DNA of 64,000 nucleotides from a virus (taxonomy: Duplodnaviria > Caudoviricetes). The DNA lies in IMG/VR virus record IMGVR_UViG_3300049988_000245, positions 1-64,000 of that record. One strand, given 5' to 3'. The translations under genes were made by a program, and so were the position numbers. The notes under the pieces were generated by a model, which worked only from the letters and a program-made list of their open reading frames with translations, had not been told where the DNA came from and did no database searches. Within the stretch, counting starts at the first letter, position 1. Every line of letters starts with the position of its first letter. Of this stretch, positions 1 through 9,045 are shown piece by piece.

Positions 1-1
1 A

Positions 2-1048
2 CCCCCGGCGATCCCGCTAACCCCGGTCTTGCTCGATGCGATCTCGAAGGAGGACCCGGAGCCTTCGCTCGGAGTCCCTGCAACGATCGGGGTTGCGCCG
101 CTGGTTCCGCAATCCACCGACACGTCGGTTCCCGGTCTGACGATCAAGGAGATCATCGCCGCTGCGTCCAAGCCGACCGCCGTTCCGACCGTCCGGATGA
201 CGATCACCCCGGCGATTGCGAAGAAATTCCTCCAGCACAACAAGACCAATCGCACGATCTCGACCTCGCACGTCCAATGGTTCGCTAAGCAGATCAGCGA
301 CGACGAGTGGGATTCGGAAAATGGCGAGGCGATCAAGTTCTCTCCGGAGGGCAATCTCCTCGACGGCCAGCACCGCCTCATGGGCATCGTCCTGGCCAAC
401 ATCGACGTGGAATGCGATGTTCAGTTCGGCGTCCCCCAGACCTCGCAGGCGACGATCGATGTCGGTCGCAAGCGATCGATCGGCGATCAGCTTGCGATCA
501 GCGGCGAGAAGTACGGAAATCAGGTGGCCTCAACCATCCGCTGGGTCTACGCGATCTCCAACGGTACGATCGCGTACAAGACCTCGACCCCGGAGGTGAA
601 GCGCTTCCTCGCCCGGCACCCTTCTGTGGCGGAGGCGGTCAGCCACGTGAAGAGCCACAAGTTCACGGGTACCAACCCGACCTTGCTGTGCGCGATCTAC
701 TTCATTGCGAAGGACGCGCTTGGCGAGACCGAGAAGGCTGCGGAGTTCGTCAAGGTGTTCACCACCGGCTACCCCTCGTACGAGGGCGACCCTGCCCATC
801 GGGTTCGCGAGATGTACATCGAAGCCCGAACCAAGGGTAATACGATTACGCAGGCCCGGCAGGCGGCCAACCTCATCCACGCGTGGAACCTGTTCCGAAA
901 GGGCGTCAGTGTGAAGGCAATCCGTCTTCCGCACGAGATTCGTATCGATGGATTCGATCCGGCTTCCCTCGGAGTGTCCACGGAAGCCCGCATTCCCGCA
1001 CAGACGGTCCGGTTGGACGACGGGACAGCGGTGTTGGAGCGCGTATGA
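2..1048 (+). CDS. ParB/Srx-like (DGQHR) domain protein, 5'-truncated by the window edge
   Basis: Frame open from nt 2; motifs ITPAIAKKFL..N..NR, GEAIKF, LLDGQHRL, TIDVGRKRS. Confidence 0.7.
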   Translation, partial: PPAIPLTPVLLDAISKEDPEPSLGVPATIGVAPLVPQSTDTSVPGLTIKEIIAAASKPTAVPTVRMTITPAIAKKFLQHNKTNRTISTSHVQWFAKQISDDEWDSENGEAIKFSPEGNLLDGQHRLMGIVLANIDVECDVQFGVPQTSQATIDVGRKRSIGDQLAISGEKYGNQVASTIRWVYAISNGTIAYKTSTPEVKRFLARHPSVAEAVSHVKSHKFTGTNPTLLCAIYFIAKDALGETEKAAEFVKVFTTGYPSYEGDPAHRVREMYIEARTKGNTITQARQAANLIHAWNLFRKGVSVKAIRLPHEIRIDGFDPASLGVSTEARIPAQTVRLDDGTAVLERV

Positions 1049-1323
1049 AGCTCTCAGAATTCCAAATCGATTTGGAATTCTACATGGGGGACAGCAGATG
1101 GCGCGTGACCGATGTTGGGTCACGCGCCGTTTGCGCGATCCACGTGGATGAGGCGGTCATCGCCAATGGGACGACGAAGACCACCTACAACAAGCGACAG
1201 GCCGAAGAGAACGGCTGGTTCAACGGGCCGCCCTACGGAGTGGCGGAGACCGTCATCGACGAATACGACCAAGATGCCTGCACACTCGCGTACGCGTATA
1301 TCCTTGGGATCGACAATGAGTGA
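1045..1323 (+). CDS. Hypothetical protein (92 aa)
   Basis: ATGA overlap with upstream stop; WRVTDVGSR and GPPYGVAETVIDEYD motifs. Confidence 0.7.
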   Translation: MKLSEFQIDLEFYMGDSRWRVTDVGSRAVCAIHVDEAVIANGTTKTTYNKRQAEENGWFNGPPYGVAETVIDEYDQDACTLAYAYILGIDNE

Positions 1324-1522
1324 CCTGATCCACATTGTGTGGTTGACGCATATCAAGAGCATTGCTGAGCGCGCCGAGAAGCAAGGCGAGGCGGCGTTTT
1401 GGCTTTTGCAGAACGTTGGATTGCGGAATGGCGCATGGTCGTCGGAGAGCTATGACCATTACATGGAATATCGGTTCGCCGATCCCAACCATGCGTTCGA
1501 ATTCAAGATGCGTTTCGGCTGA
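1316..1522 (+). CDS. Family-F small paralog (FxDxxxAFxFKMRW/F C-terminus)
   Basis: Ends YRFADPNHAFEFKMRFG. Confidence 0.75.
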   Translation: MSDLIHIVWLTHIKSIAERAEKQGEAAFWLLQNVGLRNGAWSSESYDHYMEYRFADPNHAFEFKMRFG

Positions 1523-1764
1523 TGGGCAGGCTGGTTACGCGCTTTCCGATACGGATACGCGATGAAGCAAGCTGGGTCTTGTTCGATGTCGCCTGCGCCA
1601 ATGCGGATGAGACTCTTGAAGAGATCAACGACTGGATGAAAACCCGTCCGACATACTATGCAATCACCAAGATTTTGAATCAACCCTATAATAGACCAGA
1701 TATCATACAGATCGCAATTACCAATCCTAATACGTCGTTCGAGTTCAAGTTCAAATTTGGCTGA
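1522..1764 (+). CDS. Family-F small paralog
   Basis: Ends IAITNPNTSFEFKFKFG; TGATG coupling. Confidence 0.7.
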   Translation: MGRLVTRFPIRIRDEASWVLFDVACANADETLEEINDWMKTRPTYYAITKILNQPYNRPDIIQIAITNPNTSFEFKFKFG

Positions 1765-1783
1765 CACGACCCCGTTATATTAT

Positions 1784-1815
1784 GGCTAAATACCTCAAAG
1801 CCTTGAGGTATAGCC
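1784..1815 (+). promoter_or_regulatory. Late promoter CTAAATA inside an RBS-sequestering hairpin
   Basis: CTAAATA 1786-1792; ATACCTCAA/TTGAGGTAT stem masks GAGG SD of the GTG at 1816. Confidence 0.6.
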
Positions 1816-3435
1816 GTGAATTTTGAAGCCGCCGCTTCCGAAACCTTCCAGATTCTTCGTTCATACGATTACGAAGTCATTCTGTTCAGCGACGAACACC
1901 AGCAGGTGTTCGAGCCCAGCGAGGCTCGCCGCTTTTTCGCCAAGCCCGTGAATCTCCTCGTATCCCTGGTCGATGACGGGGAGGATTCGGCTGTGCGTCT
2001 TTACCTGTCGAAGTCGATCCGGATTTCCGAAGTCATCGGACTGGTTTCAAGTCTTCGTACCATGGCCACTAAATATAAAATGGTTTTCAACGTGCGCGAG
2101 TACAATAAGGTGCTCAGCCCGAAGGATTTTGCCACGCAAGCATCCGTTACCGAATCTAAGGGGAACACTATGAATCTTGTCGAAGGAATGTACGGGACTT
2201 CTCGCAGTTCGTATTTGAAGCTGGAGAATGCCCGCATGATCGTTCGGCATTCGACCCGCATCAACGAGAACATCCTCGGTGCCCGTGGCCGCAATGTCGA
2301 GACCATCCACATTGAGGACAACCAGGGGCAGCGCTTCCTGATGCCGACCCAGCAGCTTGCTCCGGCCCGCGCCATGGCCCACCACGTGGACAACGGCGGC
2401 TCCTGGGCGGACACCGTGGGCGAGCAAATCTCCCGCATGGCCCAGAACTTTGCCGACCTCGGCGCCGCCTCCCGCCATATCGGCCACTATGCCCCCGAGC
2501 TTCACGAGAGCGCCGTCCAGATTCGCGACACCGTTCGCGAGTGCGCCCGAAACATGCGTCGCACCTTCGAATCACTCGGACGTAAGACCCGATACGCGGA
2601 TGTCGCCGAAGGTCTACGCCAGCTTGGTGAGACCCTGAACGAATCCTCCGACGAGGACTACCAGGGCAAGGTCACCGAACTCGCTGGCATGCTGAACACC
2701 GAGTCGGTCCAGCTTTCCGAGCGCGTGCTCACCACGGTCGCCCGCGTCGTCGAAGGCGCCGCCGCTCAGATCGTCGAGGACACATCGGAGACCATCTCAG
2801 TGCTGGGTCACGCGATCCATAAGGACGCATGGACGGCCTTCAAGGAAGGGCGCATCGATCTGACCCAGCCGGTCGCGGAAGTCCCTGGTAGCCCCGCGAA
2901 GACGTTTAAGGCCATCGTGGCGGCCACACAGGACGACACCCTGACGAACTTCCTTAGCTTCGTCCTGGGCGAGATGCTGAAACCAGTCGATCAGCGAACC
3001 GTAGATACGAAGAATCTCCGCGCCATCACCGCCAAGGTTCTCGCATCTGCGCAGAAGCAAATTGATCCGAACGAGCCTATGTCCGTCCCAGCAGTTCGAG
3101 AGTTCCTAGAATGGGCTGACAAGCACACGGTTCGATCGATTCATGAGACCACCGAGGAAGAAACCGAAACGGTCGAAGAGGACGGCTGCTTAGCCGACCG
3201 CGATCTCATGGGCCTCGATTCCGCACTTGAGGAAGAGACCGTGGATGAAAATTGCGGTGAGTGCGAAGGTGACGACCTGACTCAAGAGGATATCCTTCTG
3301 CCAGCAAAGAATGGCGATCTCAAATCTGAAGTCACAAAGTCTTCCGTAGAGGGAGAGAACGGCGAGCAGGCCCCGGACGATAACTACATTAATAGACTTC
3401 AGTCACTCGCTGGAGTTCGTGGCAGGGGATATTAA
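1816..3435 (+). CDS. Late hypothetical protein (539 aa), probable virion/head protein
   Basis: Long ORF with late promoter; many L/V-x-E sites; acidic tail ending RLQSLAG. Confidence 0.6.
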   Translation: MNFEAAASETFQILRSYDYEVILFSDEHQQVFEPSEARRFFAKPVNLLVSLVDDGEDSAVRLYLSKSIRISEVIGLVSSLRTMATKYKMVFNVREYNKVLSPKDFATQASVTESKGNTMNLVEGMYGTSRSSYLKLENARMIVRHSTRINENILGARGRNVETIHIEDNQGQRFLMPTQQLAPARAMAHHVDNGGSWADTVGEQISRMAQNFADLGAASRHIGHYAPELHESAVQIRDTVRECARNMRRTFESLGRKTRYADVAEGLRQLGETLNESSDEDYQGKVTELAGMLNTESVQLSERVLTTVARVVEGAAAQIVEDTSETISVLGHAIHKDAWTAFKEGRIDLTQPVAEVPGSPAKTFKAIVAATQDDTLTNFLSFVLGEMLKPVDQRTVDTKNLRAITAKVLASAQKQIDPNEPMSVPAVREFLEWADKHTVRSIHETTEEETETVEEDGCLADRDLMGLDSALEEETVDENCGECEGDDLTQEDILLPAKNGDLKSEVTKSSVEGENGEQAPDDNYINRLQSLAGVRGRGY

Positions 3436-3851
3436 TGTCTGATATCCGCAAGCATATAGATTTGATCGCCGAGCGATCATACGATGGGAATAAACTAATC
3501 CCAGGAACCGAAACGGACGCGGTGGTACCAAACTACCATGACGGCGCCCCCGAGATCGGCACAAAATTCACGTTCAAGGATAAGGTCTACGCCTGCGTCG
3601 GGTGGATGGTCGAACAGCGCATTCCAGGCCAATTTGGTAAGCGCGGGGCGAACCTCATCGCTTGCCGTCACGATCAGGCCACCTGGGTGATTGGTATGGG
3701 CGGCGGTGGCCCTGGCACAATTGCGCCAATGTCACAAATTCGGGTTGTAGGACAAATGAAATGGTCCGAGGAGCAACGCTCAAAAGTTGTAGATTCTGCA
3801 ATGTTGGCAATCTCCAAAAAACTCACGTTGGTTAAACCCAATACCCCCTGA
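3435..3851 (+). CDS. Hypothetical protein with capsid-targeting-like N-terminus
   Basis: Starts MSDIRKHIDLIAE; TAATG coupling. Confidence 0.6.
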   Translation: MSDIRKHIDLIAERSYDGNKLIPGTETDAVVPNYHDGAPEIGTKFTFKDKVYACVGWMVEQRIPGQFGKRGANLIACRHDQATWVIGMGGGGPGTIAPMSQIRVVGQMKWSEEQRSKVVDSAMLAISKKLTLVKPNTP

Positions 3852-3912
3852 AAAGCGAACCCAATGCTATCAAAAGAACGTGTTGACGTACACGAAAAAG
3901 TGTACCACTAAT

Positions 3913-3967
3913 TTCGTCGGTTAGCGCCCCGGCGATTACTGCTGCGGTCGGGTCGTTAGCCGATGAA
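3913..3967 (+). ncRNA. Candidate small hairpin RNA
   Basis: 14-bp stem with 3 G-U pairs plus 6-bp inner stem, downstream of TTGACG (3883). Confidence 0.35.
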
Positions 3968-3989
3968 CATTAACTACCAGCCCTTGGGT

Positions 3990-4295
3990 CTAAAAACCCA
4001 AGGGCTTTTTCTTTTCGATCTGCTCAATAGTCATTCTATCTATTGATGAACCACTCCAAAAGGTGACGAACAGAATCATCTCACTCTCCGTAAGGAACGA
4101 GGCACTTTGATTCTCTATTTTAGTTCGTTCATGGGAGAATTGTTCGTGGCACCATTGCAACAGTGTTAGGCATCTTCTGTATGAAACCACACAATCGCCC
4201 GAGCCATTAATTCTGGGCGTCACCCGCCAAGGATTCCCAGGCTTGGGACTGTGATGCCACATGAATCTGTCGTCGGAGAGAGAGGCGTCGGTCAT
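3990..4295 (-). CDS. Divergent family-F-like protein
   Basis: WCHEQF...FLTESEMILFVTFW pattern. Confidence 0.55.
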   Translation of the reverse strand: MTDASLSDDRFMWHHSPKPGNPWRVTPRINGSGDCVVSYRRCLTLLQWCHEQFSHERTKIENQSASFLTESEMILFVTFWSGSSIDRMTIEQIEKKKPLGF

Positions 4296-5062
4296 TTGGA
4301 TTCCTTGCGGGCGCGGAGGATTTCAAAGGCTTGCTGTGGCGTATCATTGGGATTCCGACGTAGGTGCACGGTGATGGCTCCCTCGTTGTAGCCGATTGAT
4401 TTACATGCTGATGCGTATGACATCTGGACTCCGTTCACTTCAACGAATTTATTGTTCCAGGCCGTTCGGACAGGGGAAGGTACAAGACCGAACGCCTGCT
4501 CCAGGGTCCACCCGAGCTTGTTAACCCGCTGGCCAATCATCTTCTCATCAAGCCCGTAGGCGCGGGCGGCATCGCCTCTGCTTGCGTACCTAACTCCCTC
4601 AAGAATAATCACACCGACCTTCCAAGTCGGCATCGGGACGAGCCCAACTGCTTGCTCTGGCGTATGACCAAGACACAGCCGCTTGATCATCTTCTGATAG
4701 GGAACACTATGTGCCTTCGCTGCGGCGGTTTTCGAAGGGTAGACTGTTCCATTGATAGTCCACTCTTTCCGAACACCGTCGATTCCACCATGAGCAGTGT
4801 TGTATCCACATTCACGCGAGTTCAGAATACGAATTAGAATTCTTTCCCTTTCATATGCGTCTGCTAAAAGGTCAAAGCAGGCTACTTCCGACCAGAAGAA
4901 CGCTTCCGGGCCATACTTTCGAATCGCAGAGTGAAACTTGAATCTAGAGCCTGCTGCGGCTTCGCTGACGTGCTTCTTCCATCGATCCTGAATCAGACCG
5001 GTCGTCACGCCTACGTAAATCTTATGATTCTGAATGTTTTGAACAAAATATACCGAAGCCAT
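4292..5062 (-). mobile_element. Free-standing GIY-YIG homing endonuclease (Seg-like)
   Basis: VYFVQN..NHKIYVG, RWKKH, YN motif; two repeated Y.S...AA.A...R...G.T.EQA.GL DNA-binding modules. Confidence 0.85.
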
Positions 5063-5096
5063 GTTTAATATATTGCCCCGGATAGTGCTGGTTTTG

Positions 5097-5104
5097 TATA
5101 AATA
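5097..5104 (+). promoter_or_regulatory. T4-type late promoter TATAAATA upstream of gp32
   Basis: Exact T4 late consensus. Confidence 0.65.
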
Positions 5105-5188
5105 AACATAGGCAGAGAGCAAATTATCTGTCTTGGCAACCAGCACTAACAACCATTTTCATAACAAATTTTTAAAGGACAAATCATC

Positions 5189-6196
5189 ATGGCGAGCATG
5201 GCCGAGATTAGAGCAAAGCTTCTTGAGAAGAACAAGGGCGGCTCAGGCAACAATCAGCGCTCCGGTGGGGACCGAGCGAGCTATCCTTTTTGGAACGCAG
5301 CCGTCAATACGACTGCAACTCTACGCTTCCTTCCCGACGCAGACCCCGACAATACGTTCTTCTGGGTCAAGCGTGAAACTATTCGTCTTCCGTTCGAAGG
5401 CGTCGTCGGCGGCGAATACCCGACGAACAAGCCGGTCACCGTGACCGTACCCTGCAACGAGATGTTCGGCGGCACCTGCCCCATCAACACGGCGATTCGC
5501 CCGTGGTGGAAGGGTACGGATGAAGATAAGCTTCGCGCCCGCCAGTATTGGAAGAAGAAGAGCTACCTTTTCCAGGGATTCGTGACCTCTTCACCTTTCG
5601 AAGAGCAGGATGCACCTGAGAACCCGATCCGTCGCTTCATCATCAATCAGTCGATCTACGACGTGATCGAGAAGTCCATCACTGATCCGGACATGGAAGA
5701 CAACCCGACTGATTACGTCGGCGGCACTGACTTCCGCATCGCCAAGACCCAGAAGGGTGAGTGGGCCAACTACTCGTCCTCGTCCTGGGCTCGCAAGTCC
5801 CGCTCCCTCACCGAGGCCGAAATGGCTGCGGTCGAGAAGTACGGCCTGCACGACCTGAAGCAGTTCCTGGGCCGCAAGCCTGACGCGGACGAGCTTGAGG
5901 CGATCAAGACGATGTTCGAGTGCTCCGTCGCTGGCGAGCCCTACGACATGGAAGCGTTCGGCAAGTACTTCAAGCCGTACGGTTCGCGCGATGACGATGC
6001 CGGTGGTTCGTCCGCCGCTCCGGCCCGCACCGCCGCTCCGGTCTCGCGCGCTCCGGCTCGCGAGGTCGCCGAATCTTCAGGTGATCGATTCTCTGGTTCG
6101 ATCGAAGTTTCTGATGCTCCGGCGGCTCCGGCTTCCGAGACGAAGTCGAACCCGTCCGACATCCTTGAGCGTATTCGTCTCCGTACCCAGAAGTAA
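5189..6196 (+). CDS. gp32: Single-stranded DNA-binding protein (T4 gp32-like)
   Basis: LRFLPD, Zn-site CNEMFGGTCPI, YWKKKSY, GTDFRIAK..KGEWANYSSS; low-complexity C-tail. Confidence 0.9.
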   Translation: MASMAEIRAKLLEKNKGGSGNNQRSGGDRASYPFWNAAVNTTATLRFLPDADPDNTFFWVKRETIRLPFEGVVGGEYPTNKPVTVTVPCNEMFGGTCPINTAIRPWWKGTDEDKLRARQYWKKKSYLFQGFVTSSPFEEQDAPENPIRRFIINQSIYDVIEKSITDPDMEDNPTDYVGGTDFRIAKTQKGEWANYSSSSWARKSRSLTEAEMAAVEKYGLHDLKQFLGRKPDADELEAIKTMFECSVAGEPYDMEAFGKYFKPYGSRDDDAGGSSAAPARTAAPVSRAPAREVAESSGDRFSGSIEVSDAPAAPASETKSNPSDILERIRLRTQK

Positions 6197-6221
6197 GTAA
6201 GGTCTGCTCTAAAGACTGAGA

Positions 6222-6252
6222 GAATCGTGCCTAATTTGGCGCGGTTCTCTTC
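6222..6252 (+). promoter_or_regulatory. Intercistronic hairpin between gp32 and uvsX
   Basis: GAGAATCGTGCC/GGCGCGGTTCTC stem with G-U pairs. Confidence 0.45.
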
Positions 6253-6293
6253 CGCACGCCTGAATTATGCGATTCAATATTTTAAGGACAGTT

Positions 6294-7415
6294 ATGAAGA
6301 AGCCATTTGATCTAGCGAAGCTGCGTAAGAAGGTCGAGAAGTCGATCCCCGGAATGTCTTACGGATTCAGCGACCCCACGGTGTTTCTCGACACCGGCTG
6401 TTACGCGCTGAACTACCTGACCGGTGGTCGATTCTCAGGCGGCGTCCCGCTGGAAGGCAAGACCACCATGTTCGCGGGCGATTCCGGTTCCGGAAAGTCC
6501 TACATCGTCTCGGCGAATCTCATCAAGGATGCCCAGAAGCAGGGCGTGTATCCGATTCTCATCGATACGGAAAACGCCATCGATCTCATGTGGATGCAGA
6601 ACCTTGGCGTGAAGACGGACGAGGATCACCTTGAGAAGTACGTCATCTCGACGGTGGACGACTGCGCCAAGTTCATCGGCGAGACGATCGAACTCTGGAA
6701 GGAAGCCAACATGGAGCTTCCGGCGGCCCAGCGTTCGAAAATCCTTTTCGTAGTGGATTCCGTGGGCATGCTGATCACGCCGAATCAGGAACGTCAGTTC
6801 ATGGAAGGCGACCAGAAGGGCGATCTCGGTCTCAAGGCGAAGCAGGTCTCGAACATGCTCCGCGTGATCCAGGCGAAGATCGCATCGTTGCCGATCGGCG
6901 TGGTCTTTACCAACCACGTGTACGCGTCCCAGGACCAGTACACCCCGGACGTGATTCCAGGCGGTAAGATGCTCGAATTTGCCACCTCGGTGATCGTGCA
7001 GATGAACAAGTTGCTTCTGAAGAAGAACGAGCTTGACGAGAATATTACCGAGGACGGCTCCGCCGCCATGGGTATCCGTTCGTCCTGCGTCGTTCGCAAG
7101 TCGCGCTACTCGAAGCCTTTCGAGAAGCTTCAGATTTACATCCCGTACGACTCCGGAATGGACAAGTACTCCGGCCTCCACGACCTCTTCGTCAAGAAGG
7201 GTGTTCTGGTCCGCGAAGGCACTCGGTACGTCTACACGTCCCCGGTGACTGGTGAGGTGATCAAGAAGTTCAAGAAGGAACTCTATAATGATCGGTCCAC
7301 CTTTGACCAGATCATGGCGGAGTGGAATCATCTCGAAGATACCTCCGAAGTCGGGTTCGATAACATGACTGAAGTTGGCGACATTCTCGACGATCAAGGT
7401 AACGTTACAATCTAA
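6294..7415 (+). CDS. uvsX: RecA-like recombinase UvsX
   Basis: Walker A GDSGSGKS, IDTENA, VVDSVG, NHVY; SD AAGGA before ATG 6294. Confidence 0.92.
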   Translation: MKKPFDLAKLRKKVEKSIPGMSYGFSDPTVFLDTGCYALNYLTGGRFSGGVPLEGKTTMFAGDSGSGKSYIVSANLIKDAQKQGVYPILIDTENAIDLMWMQNLGVKTDEDHLEKYVISTVDDCAKFIGETIELWKEANMELPAAQRSKILFVVDSVGMLITPNQERQFMEGDQKGDLGLKAKQVSNMLRVIQAKIASLPIGVVFTNHVYASQDQYTPDVIPGGKMLEFATSVIVQMNKLLLKKNELDENITEDGSAAMGIRSSCVVRKSRYSKPFEKLQIYIPYDSGMDKYSGLHDLFVKKGVLVREGTRYVYTSPVTGEVIKKFKKELYNDRSTFDQIMAEWNHLEDTSEVGFDNMTEVGDILDDQGNVTI

Positions 7416-7416
7416 G

Positions 7417-7470
7417 TGCACGCATACGTGGTGTTGAATATAAGTAGCATTTCAACACCACGTTGGTGCA
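7417..7470 (+). promoter_or_regulatory. Long inverted repeat after uvsX
   Basis: ACGTGGTGTTGAA/TTCAACACCACGT perfect 13-bp arms; loop contains TATAAGTA. Confidence 0.5.
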
Positions 7471-7484
7471 AACAGAGAAATCAA

Positions 7485-7724
7485 ATGAAATCCGAAAGTA
7501 AGCTTCTTATCGAACTCTGGGATGCTGTTCGCGACCAGATTCAGCCCGCCCGTCGTATTGAGACGGCCTTGTCCTTTGTTCGCACGTTCGAGGAGAACGG
7601 CATGGACGAGCGCGACCTTCAGGATGTCCTTGGTGAGGATGCCTACCTGACCCGCGCCTACCGTGAGGTGTTCGACCTCGAAGAGGATCACAGCGACGGC
7701 GGCGGCTTCGGCGAGGACGAGTAA
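7485..7724 (+). CDS. Small acidic hypothetical protein
   Basis: 79-aa ORF coupled to uvsY by TAATG. Confidence 0.7.
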   Translation: MKSESKLLIELWDAVRDQIQPARRIETALSFVRTFEENGMDERDLQDVLGEDAYLTRAYREVFDLEEDHSDGGGFGEDE

Positions 7725-8191
7725 TGCACTGGTTCCGCGCCATCACGAAAGACGAAAAGAATCTGACGCCTGTCGCGGAAGCGCTTGAGTACTTCCAAGT
7801 TGAGTATGAGGAAGGACAGCGCGAGTTGAAGGTTAAAGGTCGTCGTATTGACGATGTAGCCTGCAAGCTTCCGGGCATTATGGAGTATCGTTTCGCACAG
7901 TATCAGGAGTTGGAGACGATTCTCCAGTATCTTGAGAAGGTCGAGACAAAAGCGTTGATCGAGCAGACGCAGTGGTTCATGTCTAACTATCCTCGGCAGA
8001 TTCCCGAGCATACAGCGCGGAAGTACGCTGAAGTTGAGCCGAACGTGTTTGCGCTGACGAAGATCAAGCTTGAGGTTGCGACGGTCCGCAACAACTTCCT
8101 CGCCCTGTTTAAGGGCATTGAAGCGCTCCACTATCAGGTTCGGAACATCGTAATGCTTCGGACGGCCGGATTCGACGACGCCACATTCTGA
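7724..8191 (+). CDS. uvsY: Recombination mediator UvsY
   Basis: Helical protein, ARKYAEVE, FKGIEALHYQVRNIVMLRTAG; position after uvsX. Confidence 0.75.
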   Translation: MHWFRAITKDEKNLTPVAEALEYFQVEYEEGQRELKVKGRRIDDVACKLPGIMEYRFAQYQELETILQYLEKVETKALIEQTQWFMSNYPRQIPEHTARKYAEVEPNVFALTKIKLEVATVRNNFLALFKGIEALHYQVRNIVMLRTAGFDDATF

Positions 8192-8192
8192 T

Positions 8193-8225
8193 CCGGTATG
8201 GTGGGGATAACCCTCGCCATACCGG
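8193..8225 (+). terminator. Strong hairpin after uvsY
   Basis: CCGGTATGGTGGGG/CCCTCGCCATACCGG. Confidence 0.5.
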
Positions 8226-8260
8226 TTGAACCGCTTTGACGTTTCGTGTAGCGAAAAATC

Positions 8261-8800
8261 ATGACAACATTTTTTACATCCGACACGCATTTCCAGCACG
8301 GGAACATCATCAAGTACTCGAATCGACCGTTCGGAAACGTTCAAGAGATGGACGAGGAGATGATCCGTCGATGGAACGAGACGGTTTCTCCATCAGATAC
8401 GGTCTGGCACCTTGGTGACTTCGCCATGGGCAACCAACAGAACGTTCGCTCGATCCGCCAGCGCCTGAACGGAACCATCCATCTCTGCTGGGGCAATCAC
8501 GATAAGCGTGAGATCGTCGAGAATCAGCACTGTTTCGATTCGATTCAGGACGTGGCGTTCTTCAAGCTGGATGGCGACTTCCTGTTCCTGTCACATTACG
8601 GCCACCGGGTGTGGAACGGCTCCCATAAGGGCACCTATCACCTCTATGGGCACTCCCATGGTGGACTTGAGCCGATCGCCCGCTCCCTGGACGTTGGCGT
8701 GGACGAATGGGACTTCCGTCCGGTCACGATGGGCCAGATCAAGGCCCGCCTCGACTCGATGGGTCTGGCCGAGCCGGTGACCCCACACAATCACCGATGA
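8261..8800 (+). CDS. Calcineurin-like metallophosphoesterase
   Basis: SDTH, HLGD, GNHD, LSHY, HLYGHSH motifs. Confidence 0.9.
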   Translation: MTTFFTSDTHFQHGNIIKYSNRPFGNVQEMDEEMIRRWNETVSPSDTVWHLGDFAMGNQQNVRSIRQRLNGTIHLCWGNHDKREIVENQHCFDSIQDVAFFKLDGDFLFLSHYGHRVWNGSHKGTYHLYGHSHGGLEPIARSLDVGVDEWDFRPVTMGQIKARLDSMGLAEPVTPHNHR

Positions 8801-9045
8801 GCGCTTGGTTCTATCAGGTTCCGGAGACGATGATTGCCCCAGACAACCGTGATCGGGGCTTTCGGTTTCAGTTCAACTACAATTATATGGGTAACGGGCA
8901 TTGGATGGATGTGTTCGAGGCCGTCGCCGAATGGTACGACGAAAACTTCGATGATCCCGAATGGACCCGTGTCGATGGAGGCGGCTTGACGCTGTTCTTC
9001 AAGGACGAAAACACCGCGTTCGAGTTCAAGATGAGGTTCTGCTGA
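8797..9045 (+). CDS. Family-F small paralog
   Basis: Ends LFFKDENTAFEFKMRFC. Confidence 0.8.
   Translation: MSAWFYQVPETMIAPDNRDRGFRFQFNYNYMGNGHWMDVFEAVAEWYDENFDDPEWTRVDGGGLTLFFKDENTAFEFKMRFC

Noticed and set aside
4292-5062. Group I intron housing the GIY-YIG ORFs
   Set aside because: Flanking genes are complete and no P/Q/R/S core is evident; both endonucleases are free-standing.
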